Position numbers and translations under genes: made by a program
From: the human T2T-CHM13v2.0 reference genome, Homo sapiens
Strand: one strand, 5' to 3'
DNA: 64,000 nucleotides
NCBI RefSeq assembly: GCF_009914755.1
Contig: NC_060932.1
The notes under the pieces: generated by a model
The model's input: the letters and a program-made list of their open reading frames with translations, nothing else
What the model was told of the DNA's origin: nothing
Database searches by the model: none
In this document: piece after piece, positions 25,201-39,900 of the stretch
How the letters are laid out: each line of letters begins with the position of its first letter
Numbering within the stretch: position 1 is the stretch's first letter

Positions 25201-26599
25201 ATCTGGAAAAAGGAAATATCTTCCCATGAATGCGAGATAGAAGTAATCTCAGAAACATGTTTATGCTGTATCTACTCAACTAACTGTGCTGAACATTTCT
25301 ATTGATAGAGCAGTTTTGAGACACTCTTCTTTTGAAATCTGCAAGTGGATATTTGGATAGATTTGAGGATTTCGTTGGAAACGGGATTATATATAAAAAG
25401 TAGACAGCAGCATTCTCAGAAACTTCTTTGTGATGTTTGCATCCAGCTCTCAGAGTTGAACATTCCCTTTCATAGAGTAGGTTTGAAACCCTCTTTTTAT
25501 AGTGTCTAGAAGCGGGCATTTGGAGCGCTTTCAGGCCTATGCTTAAAATAGGAAATATCTACCTACAGAAACTAGACAGAAGCATTCTGAGAATCACGTT
25601 TGTGATGTGGGTACTCAACTAACAGTGTTGATCCATTCTTTTGATACAGCAGTTTTGAACCACACTTTTTGTAGAATCTGCAAGAGGATATTTGGATAGC
25701 TGTGAGGATTTCGTTGGAAACGGGAATGTCTTCAAAGAAAATCTAGACAGAAGCATTCTCAGAAACACCTTCGTGATGTTTGCAATCCAGTCACAGAGTT
25801 GAACCTTCCGTTTCATAGAGCAGGTTGGAAACACTCTTATTGTAGTATCTGGAAGTGGACATTTGGAGCGCTTTCAGGCCTATGGTGAAAAAGGAAATAT
25901 CTTCCCATAAAAACGACATAGAAGCTACCTCAGGAACTTGTTTATGATGCATCTAATCAACTAACAGTGTTGAACCTTTGTACTGACAGAGCAGTTTGAA
26001 ACACTCTTTTTTTGGAATCTGCAAGTGGATATTTGGATCACTTTGAGGATTTCGTTGGAAACGGGATGCAATATAAAACGTACACAGCAGCATACTCAGA
26101 AAATACTTTGCCATATTTCCATTCAAGTCACAGAGTGGAACATTCCCATTCATAGAGCAGGTTGGAAACACTCTTTTTGGAGTATCTGGAAGTGGACATT
26201 TGGAGCGCTTTCTGAACTATGGTGAAAAAGGAAATATCTTCCAATGAAAACAAGACAGAAGCATTCTGAGAAACTTATTTGTGATGTGTGTCCTCAACAA
26301 ACGGACTTGAACCTTTCGTTTCATGCAGTACTTCTGGAACACTCTTTTTGAAGATTCTGCATGCGGATATTTGGATAGCTTTGAGGATTTCGTTGGAAAC
26401 GGGCTTACATGTAAAAATTAGACAGCAGCATTCTCAGAAACTTCTTTGTGGTGTCTGCATTCAAGTCACAGAATTGAACTTCCCCTCACATAGAGCAGTT
26501 GTGCAGCACTCTATTTGTAGTATCTCGAAGTGGACATTTGGAGGGCTTTGTAGCCTATCTGGAAAAAGGAAATATCTTCCCATGAATGCGAGATAGAAG
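16242..26599 (+). repeat. Alternating 8/7 (15-mer-like) block: 8,7,8,7,8,7,8,8 (starts 16242, 17598, 18791, 20147, 21340, 22695, 23888, 25244)
   Basis: Anchor spacings alternate 1356(1355)/1193. Confidence 0.93.
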
Positions 26600-29500
26600 T
26601 AATCTCAGAAACATGTTTATGCTGTATCTACTCAACTAACTGTGCTGAACATTTCTATTGATAGAGCAGTTTTGAGACACTCTTCTTTTGGAATCTGCAA
26701 GTGGATATTTGGATAGATTTGAGGATTTCGTTGGAAACGGGATTATATATAAAAAGTAGACAGCAGCATTCTCAGAAACTTCTTTGTGATGTTTGCATCC
26801 AGCTCTCAGAGTTGAACATTCCCTTTCATAGAGTAGGTTTGAAACCCTCTTTTTATAGTGTCTGGAAGCGGGCATTTGGAGCGCTTTCAGGCCTATGCTG
26901 AAAAAGGAAATATCTACCTATAGAAACTAGACAGAAGCATTCTGAGAATCACGTTTGTGATGTGGGTACTCAACTAACAGTGTTGATCCATTCTTTTGAT
27001 ACAGCAGTTTTGAACCACACTTTTTGTAGAATCTGCAAGTGGATATTTGGATAGCTGTGAGGATTTCGTTGGAAACGGGAATGTCTTCATAGAAAATTTA
27101 GACAGAAGCATTCTCAGAACCTTGATTGTGATGTGTGTTCTCCACTAACAGAGTTGAACCTTTCTTTTGACAGAACTGTTCTGAAACATTCTTTTTATAG
27201 AATCTGGAAGTGGATATTTGGAAAGCTTTGAGGATTTCATTGGAAACGGGAATATCTTCAAATAAAATCTAGCCAGAAGCATTCTAAGAAACATCGTAGG
27301 GATGTATAGATTCAAGTCACAGAGTTGAACATTCCCTTTCACAGAGCAGGTTTGAAACAATCTTCTCGTACTATCTGGCAGTGGACATTTTGAGCTCCTT
27401 GGGGCCTATGCTGAAAAAGGAAATATCTTCCGACAAAAACTAGACAGAAGCATTCGCAGAATCACGTTTGTGATGTGTGCACTCAACTGTCAGAATTGAA
27501 CCTTGGTTTGGACAGAGCACTTTTGAAACACTCTTTTTGTAGAATCTGCAGGTGGATATTTGGCTAGCTTTGAGGATTTCGTTGGAAACGGTAATGTCTT
27601 CAAAGAAAATCTAGACAGAAGCATTCTCAGAAACACCTTCGTGATGTTTGCAATCAAGTCACAGAGTTGAACCTTCCGTTTCATAGAGCAGGTTGGAAAC
27701 ACTCTTATTGTAGTATCTGGAAGTGGACATTTGGAGCGCTTTCAGGCCTATGGTGAAAAAGGAAATATCTTCCCATAAAAACGACATAGAAGCTATCTCA
27801 GGAACTTGTTTATGATGCATCTAATCAACTAACAGTGTTGAACCTTTGTACTGACAGAGCAGTTTGAAACACTCTTTTTTTGGAATCTGCAAGTGGATAT
27901 TTGGATCGCTTTGAGGATTTCGTTGGAAACGGGATGCAATATAAAACGTACACAGCAGCATACTCAGAAAATACTTTGCCATATTTCCATTCAAGTCACA
28001 GAGTGGAACATTCCCATTCATAGAGCAGGTTTGAAACACTCTTTTTGGAGTATCTGGAAGTGGACATTTGGAGCGCTTTCTGAACTATGGTGAAAAAGGA
28101 AATATCTTCCAATGAAAACAAGACAGAAGCATTCTGAGAAACTTATTTGTGATGTGTGTCCTCAACAAACGGACTTGAACCTTTCGTTTCATGCAGTACT
28201 TCTGGAACACTCTTTTTGAAGATTCTGCATGCGGATATTTGGATAGCTTTGAGGATTTCGTTGGAAACGGGCTTACATGTAAAAATTAGACAGCAGCATT
28301 CTCAGAAACTTCTTTGTGGTGTCTGCATTCAAGTCACAGAATTGAACATCCCCTCACATAGAGCAGTTGTGCAGCACTCTATTTGTAGTATCTGGAAGTG
28401 GACATTTGGAGGGCTTTGTAGCCTATCTGCAAAAAGGAAATATCTTCCCATGAATGCGAGATAGAAGTAATCTCAGAAACATGTTTATGCTGTATCTACT
28501 CAACTAACTGTGCTGAACATTTCTATTGATAGAGCAGTTTTGAGACACTCTTCTTTTGGAATCTGCAAGTGGATATTTGGATAGATTTGAGGATTTCGTT
28601 GGCAACGGGATTATATATAAAAAGTAGACAGCAGCATTCTCAGAAACTTCTTTGTGATGTTTGCATCCAGCTCTCAGAGTTGAACATTCCCTTTCATAGA
28701 GTAGGTTTGAAACCCTCTTTTTATAGTGTCTGGAAGCGGGCATTTGGAGCGCTTTCAGGCCTATGCTGAAAAAGGAAATATCTACCTATAGAAACTAGAC
28801 AGAAGCATTCTGAGAATCACGTTTGTGATGTGGGTACTCAACTAACAGTGTTGATCCATTCTTTTGATACAGCAGTTTTGAACCACACTTTTTGTAGAAT
28901 CTGCAGGTGGATATTTGGATAGCTGTGAGGATTTCGTTGGAAACGGGAATGTCTTCATAGAAAATTTAGATAGAAGCATTCTCAGAACCTTGTTTGTGAT
29001 GTGTGTTCTCCACTAAGAGAGTTGAACCTTTCTTTTGACAGAACTGTTCTGAAACATTCTTTTTATAGAATCTGGAAGTGGATATTTGGAAAGCTTTGAG
29101 GATTTCGTTGGAAACGGGAATATCTTCAAATAAAATCTAGCCAGAAGCATTCTAAGAAACATCTTAGGGATGTTTACATTCAAGTCACAGAGTTGAACAT
29201 TCCCTTTCACAGAGCAGGTTTGAAACAATCTTCTCGTACTATCTGGCAGTGGACATTTTGAGCTCCTTGGGGCCTATGCTGAAAAAGGAAATATCTTCCG
29301 ACAAAAACTAGACAGAAGCATTCGCAGAATCACGTTTGTGATGTGTGCACTCAACTGTCAGAATTGAACCTTGGTTTGGACAGAGCACTTTTGAAACACT
29401 CTTTTTGTAGAATCTGCAGGTGGATATTTGGCTAGCTTTGAGGATTTCGTTGGAAACGGTAATGTCTTCAAAGAAAATCTAGACAGAAGCATTCTCAGAA

Positions 29501-30335
29501 ACACCTTCGTGATGTTTGCAATCAAGTCACAGAGTTGAACCTTCCGTTTCATAGAGCAGGTTGGAAACACTCTTATTGTAGTATCTGGAAGTGGACATTT
29601 GGAGCGCTTTCAGGCCTATGGTGAAAAAGGAAATATCTTCCCATAAAAACGACATAGAAGCTATCTCAGGAACTTGTTTATGATGCATCTAATCAACTAA
29701 CAGTGTTGAACCTTTGTACTGACGGAGCAGTTTGAAACACTCTTTTTTTGGAATCTGCAAGTGGATATTTGGATCGCTTTGAGGATTTCGTTGGAAACGG
29801 GATGCAATATAAAACGTACACAGCAGCATACTCAGAAAATACTTTGCCATATTTCCATTCAAGTCACAGAGTGGAACATTCCCATTCATAGAGCAGGTTT
29901 GAAACACTCTTTTTGGAGTATCTGGAAGTGGACATTTGGAGCGCTTTCTGAACTATGGTGAAAAAGGAAATATCTTCCAATGAAAACAAGACAGAAGCAT
30001 TCTGAGAAACTTATTTGTGATATGTGTCCTCAACAAACGGACTTGAACCTTTCGTTTCATGCAGTACTTCTGGAACACTCTTTTTGAAGATTCTGCATGC
30101 GGATATTTGGATAGCTTTGAGGATTTCGTTGGAAACGGGCTTACATGTAAAAATTAGACAGCAGCATTCTCAGAAACTTCTTTGTGGTGTCTGCATTCAA
30201 GTCACAGAATTGAACATCCCCTCACATAGAGCAGTTGTGCAGCACTCTATTTGTAGTATCTGGAAGTGGACATTTGGAGGGCTTTGTAGCCTATCTGGAA
30301 AAAGGAAATATCTTCCCATGAATGCGAGATAGAAG
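26600..30335 (+). repeat. Two tandem 11-mer HORs (starts 26600, 28468)
   Basis: Spacings 1868, 1868; both carry the ATTGAACATCCC variant in M11. Confidence 0.93.
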
Positions 30336-33300
30336 TAATCTCAGAAACATGTTTATGCTGTATCTACTCAACTAACTGTGCTGAACATTTCTATTGATAG
30401 AGCAGTTTTGAGACACTCTTCTTTTGGAATCTGCAAGTGGATATTTGGATAGATTTGAGGATTTCGTTGGAAACGGGATTATATATAAAAAGTAGACAGC
30501 AGCATTCTCAGAAACTTCTTTGTGATGTTTGCATCCAGCTCTCAGAGTTGAACATTCCCTTTCATAGAGTAGGTTTGAAACCCTCTTTTTATAGTGTCTG
30601 GAAGCGGGCATTTGGAGCGCTTTCAGGCCTATGCTGAAAAAGGAAATATCTACCTATAGAAACTAGACAGAAGCATTCTGAGAATCACGTTTGTGATGTG
30701 GGTACTCAACTAACAGTGTTGATCCATTCTTTTGATACAGCAGTTTTGAACCACACTTTTTGTAGAATCTGCAAGTGGATATTTGGATAGCTGTGAGGAT
30801 TTCGTTGGAAATGGGAATGTCTTCATAGAAAATTTAGACAGAAGCATTCTCAGAACCTTGATTGTGATGTGTGTTCTCCACTAACAGAGTTGAACCTTTC
30901 TTTTGACAGAACTGTTCTGAAACATTCTTTTTATAGAATCTGGAAGTGGATATTTGGAAAGCTTTGAGGATTTCGTTGGAAACGGGAATATCTTCAAATA
31001 AAATCTAGCCAGAAGCATTCTAAGAAACATCTTAGGGATGTTTACATTCAAGTCACAGAGTTGAACATTCCCTTTCACAGAGCAGGTTTGAAACAATCTT
31101 CTCGTACTATCTGGCAGTGGACATTTTGAGCTCCTTGGGGCCTATGCTGAAAAAGGAAATATCTTCCGACAAAAACTAGACAGAAGCATTCGCAGAATCA
31201 CGTTTGTGATGTGTGCACTCAACTGTCAGAATTGAACCTTGGTTTGGACAGAGCACTTTTGAAACACTCTTTTTGTAGAATCTGCAGGTGGATATTTGGC
31301 TAGCTTTGAGGATTTCGTTGGAAACGGTAATGTCTTCAAAGAAAATCTAGACAGAAGCATTCTCAGAAACACCTTCGTGATGTTTGCAATCAAGTCACAG
31401 AGTTGAACCTTCCGTTTCATAGAGCAGGATGGAAACACTCTTTTTGTAGTATCTGGAAGTGGACATTTGGAGGGCTTTGTAGCCTATCTGGAAAAAGGAA
31501 ATATCTTCCCATGAATGCGAGATAGAAGTAATCTCAGAAACATGTTTATGCTGTATCTACTCAACTAACTGTGCTGAACATTTCTATTGATAGAGCAGTT
31601 TTGAGACACTCTTCTTTTGGAATCTGCAAGTGGATATTTGGATAGATTTGAGGATTTCGTTGGAAACGGGATTATATATAAAAAGTAGACAGCAGCATTC
31701 TCAGAAACTTCTTTGTGATGTTTGCATCCAGCTCTCAGAGTTGAACATTCCCTTTCATAGAGTAGGTTTGAAACCCTCTTTTTATAGTGTCTGGAAGCGG
31801 GCATTTGGAGCGCTTTCAGGCCTATGCTGAAAAAGGAAATATCTACCTATAGAAACTAGACAGAAGCATTCTGAGAATCACGTTTGTGATGTGGGTACTC
31901 AACTAACAGTGTTGATCCATTCTTTTGATACAGCAGTTTTGAACCACACTTTTTGTAGAATCTGCAAGTGGATATTTGGATAGCTGTGAGGATTTCGTTG
32001 GAAACGGGAATGTCTTCATAGAAAATTTAGACAGAAGCATTCTCAGAACCTTGATTGTGATGTGTGTTCTCCACTAACAGAGTTGAACCTTTCTTTTGAC
32101 AGAACTGTTCTGAAACATTCTTTTTATAGAATCTGGAAGTGGATATTTGGAAAGCTTTGAGGATTTCGTTGGAAACGGGAATATCTTCAAATAAAATCTA
32201 GCCAGAAGCATTCTAAGAAACATCTTAGGGATGTTTACATTCAAGTCACAGAGTTGAACATTCCCTTTCACAGAGCAGGTTTGAAACAATCTTCTCGTAC
32301 TATCTGGCAGTGGACATTTTGAGCTCCTTGGGGCCTATGCTGAAAAAGGAAATATCTTCCGACAAAAACTAGACAGAAGCATTCGCAGAATCACGTTTGT
32401 GATGTGTGCACTCAACTGTCAGAATTGAACCTTGGTTTGGACAGAGCACTTTTGAAACACTCTTTTTGTAGAATCTGCAGGTGGATATTTGGCTAGCTTT
32501 GAGGATTTCGTTGGAAACGGTAATGTCTTCAAAGAAAATCTAGACAGAAGCATTCTCAGAAACACCTTCGTGATGTTTGCAATCAAGTCACAGAGTTGAA
32601 CCTTCCGTTTCATAGAGCAGGATGGAAACACTCTTTTTGTAGTATCTGGAAGTGGACATTTGGAGGGCTTTGTAGCCTATCTGGAAAAAGGAAATATCTT
32701 CCCATGAATGCGAGATAGAAGTAATCTCAGAAACATGTTTATGCTGTATCTACTCAACTAACTGTGCTGAACATTTCTATTGATAGAGCAGTTTTGAGAC
32801 ACTCTTCTTTTGGAATCTGCAAGTGGATATTTGGATAGATTTGAGGATTTCGTTGGAAACGGGATTATATATAAAAAGTAGACAGCAGCATTCTCAGAAA
32901 CTTCTTTGTGATGTTTGCATCCAGCTCTCAGAGTTGAACATTCCCTTTCATAGAGTAGGTTTGAAACCCTCTTTTTATAGTGTCTGGAAGCGGGCATTTG
33001 GAGCGCTTTCAGGCCTATGCTGAAAAAGGAAATATCTACCTATAGAAACTAGACAGAAGCATTCTGAGAATCACGTTTGTGATGTGGGTACTCAACTAAC
33101 AGTGTTGATCCATTCTTTTGATACAGCAGTTTTGAACCACACTTTTTGTAGAATCTGCAAGTGGATATTTGGATAGCTGTGAGGATTTCGTTGGAAACGG
33201 GAATGTCTTCATAGAAAATTTAGACAGAAGCATTCTCAGAACCTTGATTGTGATGTGTGTTCTCCACTAACAGAGTTGAACCTTTCTTTTGACAGAACTG

Positions 33301-33914
33301 TTCTGAAACATTCTTTTTATAGAATCTGGAAGTGGATATTTGGAAAGCTTTGAGGATTTCGTTGGAAACGGGAATATCTTCAAATAAAATCTAGCCAGAA
33401 GCATTCTAAGAAACATCTTAGGGATGTTTACATTCAAGTCACAGAGTTGAACATTCCCTTTCACAGAGCAGGTTTGAAACAATCTTCTCGTACTATCTGG
33501 CAGTGGACATTTTGAGCTCCTTGGGGCCTATGCTGAAAAAGGAAATATCTTCCGACAAAAACTAGACAGAAGCATTCGCAGAATCACGTTTGTGATGTGT
33601 GCACTCAACTGTCAGAATTGAACCTTGGTTTGGACAGAGCACTTTTGAAACACTCTTTTTGTAGAATCTGCAGGTGGATATTTGGCTAGCTTTGAGGATT
33701 TCGTTGGAAACGGTAATGTCTTCAAAGAAAATCTAGACAGAAGCATTCTCAGAAACACCTTCGTGATGTTTGCAATCAAGTCACAGAGTTGAACCTTCCG
33801 TTTCATAGAGCAGGTTGGAAACACTCTTTTTGTAGTATCTGGAAGTGGACATTTGGAGGGCTTTGTAGCCTATCTGGAAAAAGGAAATATCTTCCCATGA
33901 ATGCGAGATAGAAG
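30336..33914 (+). repeat. Three tandem 7-mer HORs (starts 30336, 31529, 32722)
   Basis: Spacing 1193 three times; the first two share the private variant GCAGGATGG. Confidence 0.93.
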
Positions 33915-36900
33915 TAATCTCAGAAACATGTTTATGCTGTATCTACTCAACTAACTGTGCTGAACATTTCTATTGATAGAGCAGTTTTGAGACACTCTTC
34001 TTTTGGAATCTGCAAGTGGATATTTGGATAGATTTGAGGATTTCGTTGGAAACGGGATTATATATAAAAAGTAGACAGCAGCATTCTCAGAAACTTCTTT
34101 GTGATGTTTGCATCCAGCTCTCAGAGTTGAGCATTCCCTTTCATAGAGTAGGTTTGAAACCCTCTTTTTATAGTGTCTGGAAGCGGGCATTTGGAGCGCT
34201 TTCAGGCCTATGCTTAAAATAGGAAATATCTACCTACAGAAACTAGACAGAAGCATTCTGAGAATCATGTTTGTGATGTGGGTACTCAACTAACAGTGTT
34301 GATCCATTCTTTTGATACAGCAGTTTTGAACCACACTTTTTGTAGAATCTGCAAGAGGATATTTGGATAGCTGTGAGGATTTCGTTGGAAACGGGAATGT
34401 CTTCAAAGAAAATCTAGACAGAAGCATTCTCAGAAACACCTTCGTGATGTTTGCAATCAAGTCACAGAGTTGAACCTTCCGTTTCATAGAGCAGGTTGGA
34501 AACACTCTTATTGTAGTATCTGGAAGTGGACATTTGGAGCGCTTTCAGGCCTATGGTGAAAAAGGAAATATCTTCCCATAAAAACGACATAGAAGCTATC
34601 TCAGGAACTTGTTTATGATGCATCTAATCAACTAACAGTGTTGAACCTTTGTACTGACAGAGCAGTTTGAAACACTCTTTTTTTGGAATCTGCAAGTGGA
34701 TATTTGGATCGCTTTGAGGATTTCGTTGGAAACGGGATGCAATATAAAACGTACACAGCAGCATACTCAGAAAATACTTTGCCATATTTCCATTCAAGTC
34801 ACAGAGTGGAACATTCCCATTCATAGAGCAGGTTTGAAACACTCTTTTTGGAGTATCTGGAAGTGGACATTTGGAGCGCTTTCTGAACTATGGTGAAAAA
34901 GGAAATATCTTCCAATGAAAACAACACAGAAGCATTCTGAGAAACTTATTTGTGATGTGTGTCCTCAACAAACGGACTTGAACCTTTCGTTTCATGCAGT
35001 ACTTCTGGAACACTCTTTTTGAAGATTCTGCATGCGGATATTTGGATAGCTTTGAGGATTTCGTTGGAAACGGGCTTACATGTAAAAATTAGACAGCAGC
35101 ATTCTCAGAAACTTCTTTGTGGTGTCTGCATTCAAGTCACAGAATTGAACTTCCCCTCACATAGAGCAGTTGTGCAGCACTCTATTTGTAGTATCTGGAA
35201 GTGGACATTTGGAGGGCTTTGTAGCCTATCTGGAAAAAGGAAATATCTTCCCATGAATGCGAGATAGAAGTAATCTCAGAAACATGTTTATGCTGTATCT
35301 ACTCAACTAACTGTGCTGAACATTTCTATTGATAGAGCAGTTTTGAGACACTCTTCTTTTGGAATCTGCAAGTGGATATTTGGATAGATTTGAGGATTTC
35401 GTTGGAAACGGGATTATATATCAAAAGTAGACAGCAGCATTCTCAGAAACTTCTTTGTGATGTTTGCATCCAGCTCTCAGAGTTGAACATTCCCTTTCAT
35501 AGAGTAGGTTTGAAACCCTCTTTTTATAGTGTCTGGAAGCGGGCATTTGGAGCGCTTTCAGGCCTATGCTGAAAAAGGAAATATCTACCTATAGAAACTA
35601 GACAGAAGCATTCTGAGAATCACGTTTGTGATGTGGGTACTCAACTAACAGTGTTGATCCATTCTTTTGATACAGCAGTTTTGAACCACACTTTTTGTAG
35701 AATCTGCAAGTGGATATTTGGATAGCTGTGAGGATTTCGTTGGAAACGGGAATGTCTTCATAGAAAATTTAGACAGAAGCATTCTCAGAACCTTGATTGT
35801 GATGTGTGTTCTCCACTAACAGAGTTGAACCTTTCTTTTGACAGAACTGTTCTGAAACATTCTTTTTATAGAATCTGGAAGTGGATATTTGGAAAGCTTT
35901 GAGGATTTCGTTGGAAACGGGAATATCTTCAAATAAAATCTAGCCAGAAGCATTCTAAGAAACATCTCAGGGATGTTTACATTCAAGTCACAGAGTTGAA
36001 CATTCCCTTTCACAGAGCAGGTTTGAAACAATCTTCTCGTACTATCTGGCAGTGGACATTTTGAGCTCCTTGGGGCCTATGCTGAAAAAGGAAATATCTT
36101 CCGACAAAAACTAGACAGAAGCATTCGCAGAATCACGTTTGTGATGTGTGCACTCAACTGTCAGAACTGAACCTTGGTTTGGACAGAGCACTTTTGAAAC
36201 ACTCTTTTTGTAGAATCTGCAGGTGGATATTTGGCTAGCTTTGAGGATTTCGTTGGAAACGGTAATGTCTTCAAAGAAAATCTAGACAGAAGCATTCTCA
36301 GAAACAGCGTCGTGATGTTTGCAATCAAGTCACAGAGTTGAACCTTCCGTTTCATAGAGCAGGTTGGAAACACTCTTTTTGTAGTATCTGGAAGTGGACA
36401 TTTGGAGGGCTTTGTAGCCTATCTGGAAAAAGGAAATATCTTCCCATGAATGCGAGATAGAAGTAATCTCAGAAACATGTTTATGCTGTATCTACTCAAC
36501 TAACTGTGCTGAACATTTCTATTGATAGAGCAGTTTTGAGACACTCTTCTTTTGGAATCTGCAAGTGGATATTTGGATAGATTTGAGGATTTCGTTGGAA
36601 ACGGGATTATATATAAAAAGTAGACAGCAGCATTCTCAGAAACTTCTTTGTGATGTTTGCATCCAGCTCTCAGAGTTGAGCATTCCCTTTCATAGAGTAG
36701 GTTTGAAACCCTCTTTTTATAGTGTCTGGAAGCGGGCATTTGGAGCGCTTTCAGGCCTATTCTTAAAATAGGAAATATCTACCTACAGAAACTAGACAGA
36801 AGCATTCTGAGAATCACGTTTGTGATGTGGGTACTCAACTAACAGTGTTGATCCATTCTTTTGATACAGCAGTTTTGAACCACACTTTTTGTAGAATCTG

Positions 36901-39900
36901 CAAGAGGATATTTGGATAGCTGTGAGGATTTCGTTGGAAACGGGAATGTCCTCAAAGAAAATCTAGACAGAAGCATTCTCAGAAACACCTTCGTGATGTT
37001 TGCAATCAAGTCACAGAGTTGAACCTTCCGTTTCATAGAGCAGGTTGGAAACACTCTTATTGTAGTATCTGGAAGTGGACATTTGGAGCGCTTTCAGGCC
37101 TATGGTGAAAAAGGAAATATCTTCCCATAAAAACGACATAGAAGCTATCTCAGGAACTTGTTTATGATGCATCTAATCAACTAACAGTGTTGAACCTTTG
37201 TACTGACAGAGCAGCTTGAAACACTCTTTTTTGGAATCTGCAAGTGGATATTTGGATCGCTTTGAGGATTTCGTTGGAAACGGGATGCAATATAAAACGT
37301 ACACAGCAGCATACTCAGAAAATACTTTGCCATATTTCCATTCAAGTCACAGAGTGGAACATTCCCATTCATAGAGCAGGTTGGAAACACTCTTTTTGGA
37401 GTATCTGGAAGTGGACATTTGGAGCGCTTTCTGAACTATGGTGGAAAAGGAAATATCTTCCAATGAAAACAAGACAGAAGCATTCTGAGAAACTTATTTG
37501 TGATGTGTGTCCTCAACAAACGGACTTGAACCTTTCGTTTCATGCAGTACTTCTGGAACACTCTTTTTGAAGATTCTGCATGCGGATATTTGGATAGCTT
37601 TGAGAATTTCGTTGGAAACGGGCTTACATGTAAAAATTAGACAGCAGCATTCTCAGAAACTTCTTTGTGGTGTCTGCATTCAAGTCACAGAATTGAACTT
37701 CCCCTCACATAGAGCAGTTGTGCAGCACTCTATTTGTAGTATCTCGAAGTGGACATTTGGAGGGCTTTGTAGCCTATCTGGAAAAAGGAAATATCTTCCC
37801 ATGAATGCGAGATAGAAGTAATCTCAGAAACATGTTTATGCTGTATCTACTCAACTAACTGTGCTGAACATTTCTATTGATAGAGCAGTTTTGAGACACT
37901 CTTCTTTTGGAATCTGCAAGTGGATATTTGGATAGATTTGAGGATTTCGTTGGAAACGGGATTATATATAAAAAGTAGACAGCAGCATTCTCAGAAACTT
38001 CTTTGTGATGTTTGCATCCAGCTCTCAGAGTTGAGCATTCCCTTTCATAGAGTAGGTTTGAAACCCTCTTTTTATAGTGTCTGGAAGCGGGCATTTGGAG
38101 CGCTTTCAGGCCTATGCTTAAAATAGGAAATATCTACCTACAGAAACTAGACAGAAGCATTCTGAGAATCATGTTTGTGATGTGGGTACTCAACTAACAG
38201 TGTTGATCCATTCTTTTGATTCAGCAGTTTTGAACCACACTTTTTGTAGAATCTGCAAGAGGATATTTGGATAGCTGTGAGGATTTCGTTGGAAACGGGA
38301 ATGTCTTCATAGAAAATTTAGATAGAAGCATTCTCAGAACCTTGTTTGTGATGTGTGTTCTCCACTAAGAGAGTTGAACCTTTCTTTTGACAGAACTGTT
38401 CTGAAACATTCTTTTTATAGAATCTGGAAGTGGATATTTGGAAAGCTTTGAGGATTTCGTTGGAAACGGGAATATCTTCAAATAAAATCTAGCCAGAAGC
38501 ATTCTAAGAAACATCTTAGGGATGTTTACATTCAAGTCACAGAGTTGAACATTCCCTTTCACAGAGCAGGTTTGAAACAATCTTCTCGTACTATCTGGCA
38601 GTGGACATTTTGAGCTCCTTGGGGCCTATGCTGAAAAAGGAAATATCTTCCGACAAAAACTAGACAGAAGCATTCGCAGAATCACGTTTGTGATGTGTGC
38701 ACTCAACTGTCAGAATTGAACCTTGGTTTGGACAGAGCACTTTTGAAACACTCTTTTTGTAGAATCTGCAGGTGGATATTTGGCTAGCTTTGAGGATTTC
38801 GTTGGAAACGGTAATGTCTTCAAAGAAAATCTAGACAGAAGCATTCTCAGAAACACCTTCGTGATGTTTGCAATCAAGTCACAGAGTTGAACCTTCCGTT
38901 TCATAGAGCAGGTTGGAAACACTCTTATTGTAGTATCTGGAAGTGGACATTTGGAGCGCTTTCAGGCCTATGGTGAAAAAGGAAATATCTTCCCATAAAA
39001 ACGACATAGAAGCTATCTCAGGAACTTGTTTATGATGCATCTAATCAACTAACAGTGTTGAACCTTTGTACTGACAGAGCAGTTTGAAACACTCTTTTTT
39101 TGGAATCTGCAAGTGGATATTTGGATCGCTTTGAGGATTTCGTTGGAAACGGGATGCAATATAAAACGTACACAGCAGCATACTCAGAAAATACTTTGCC
39201 ATATTTCCATTCAAGTCACAGAGTGGAACATTCCCATTCATAGAGCAGGTTTGAAACACTCTTTTTGGAGTATCTGGAAGTGGACATTTGGAGCGCTTTC
39301 TGAACTATGGTGAAAAAGGAAATATCTTCCAATGAAAACAAGACAGAAGCATTCTGAGAAACTTATTTGTGATATGTGTCCTCAACAAACGGACTTGAAC
39401 CTTTCGTTTCATGCAGTACTTCTGGAACACTCTTTTTGAAGATTCTGCATGCGGATATTTGGATAGCTTTGAGGATTTCGTTGGAAACGGGCTTACATGT
39501 AAAAATTAGACAGCAGCATTCTCAGAAACTTCTTTGTGGTGTCTGCATTCAAGTCACAGAATTGAACATCCCCTCACATAGAGCAGTTGTGCAGCACTCT
39601 ATTTGTAGTATCTGGAAGTGGACATTTGGAGGGCTTTGTAGCCTATCTGGAAAAAGGAAATATCTTCCCATGAATGCGAGATAGAAGTAATCTCAGAAAC
39701 ATGTTTATGCTGTATCTACTCAACTAACTGTGCTGAACATTTCTATTGATAGAGCAGTTTTGAGACACTCTTCTTTTGGAATCTGCAAGTGGATATTTGG
39801 ATAGATTTGAGGATTTCGTTGGAAACGGGATTATATATAAAAAGTAGACAGCAGCATTCTCAGAAACTTCTTTGTGATGTTTGCATCCAGCTCTCAGAGT

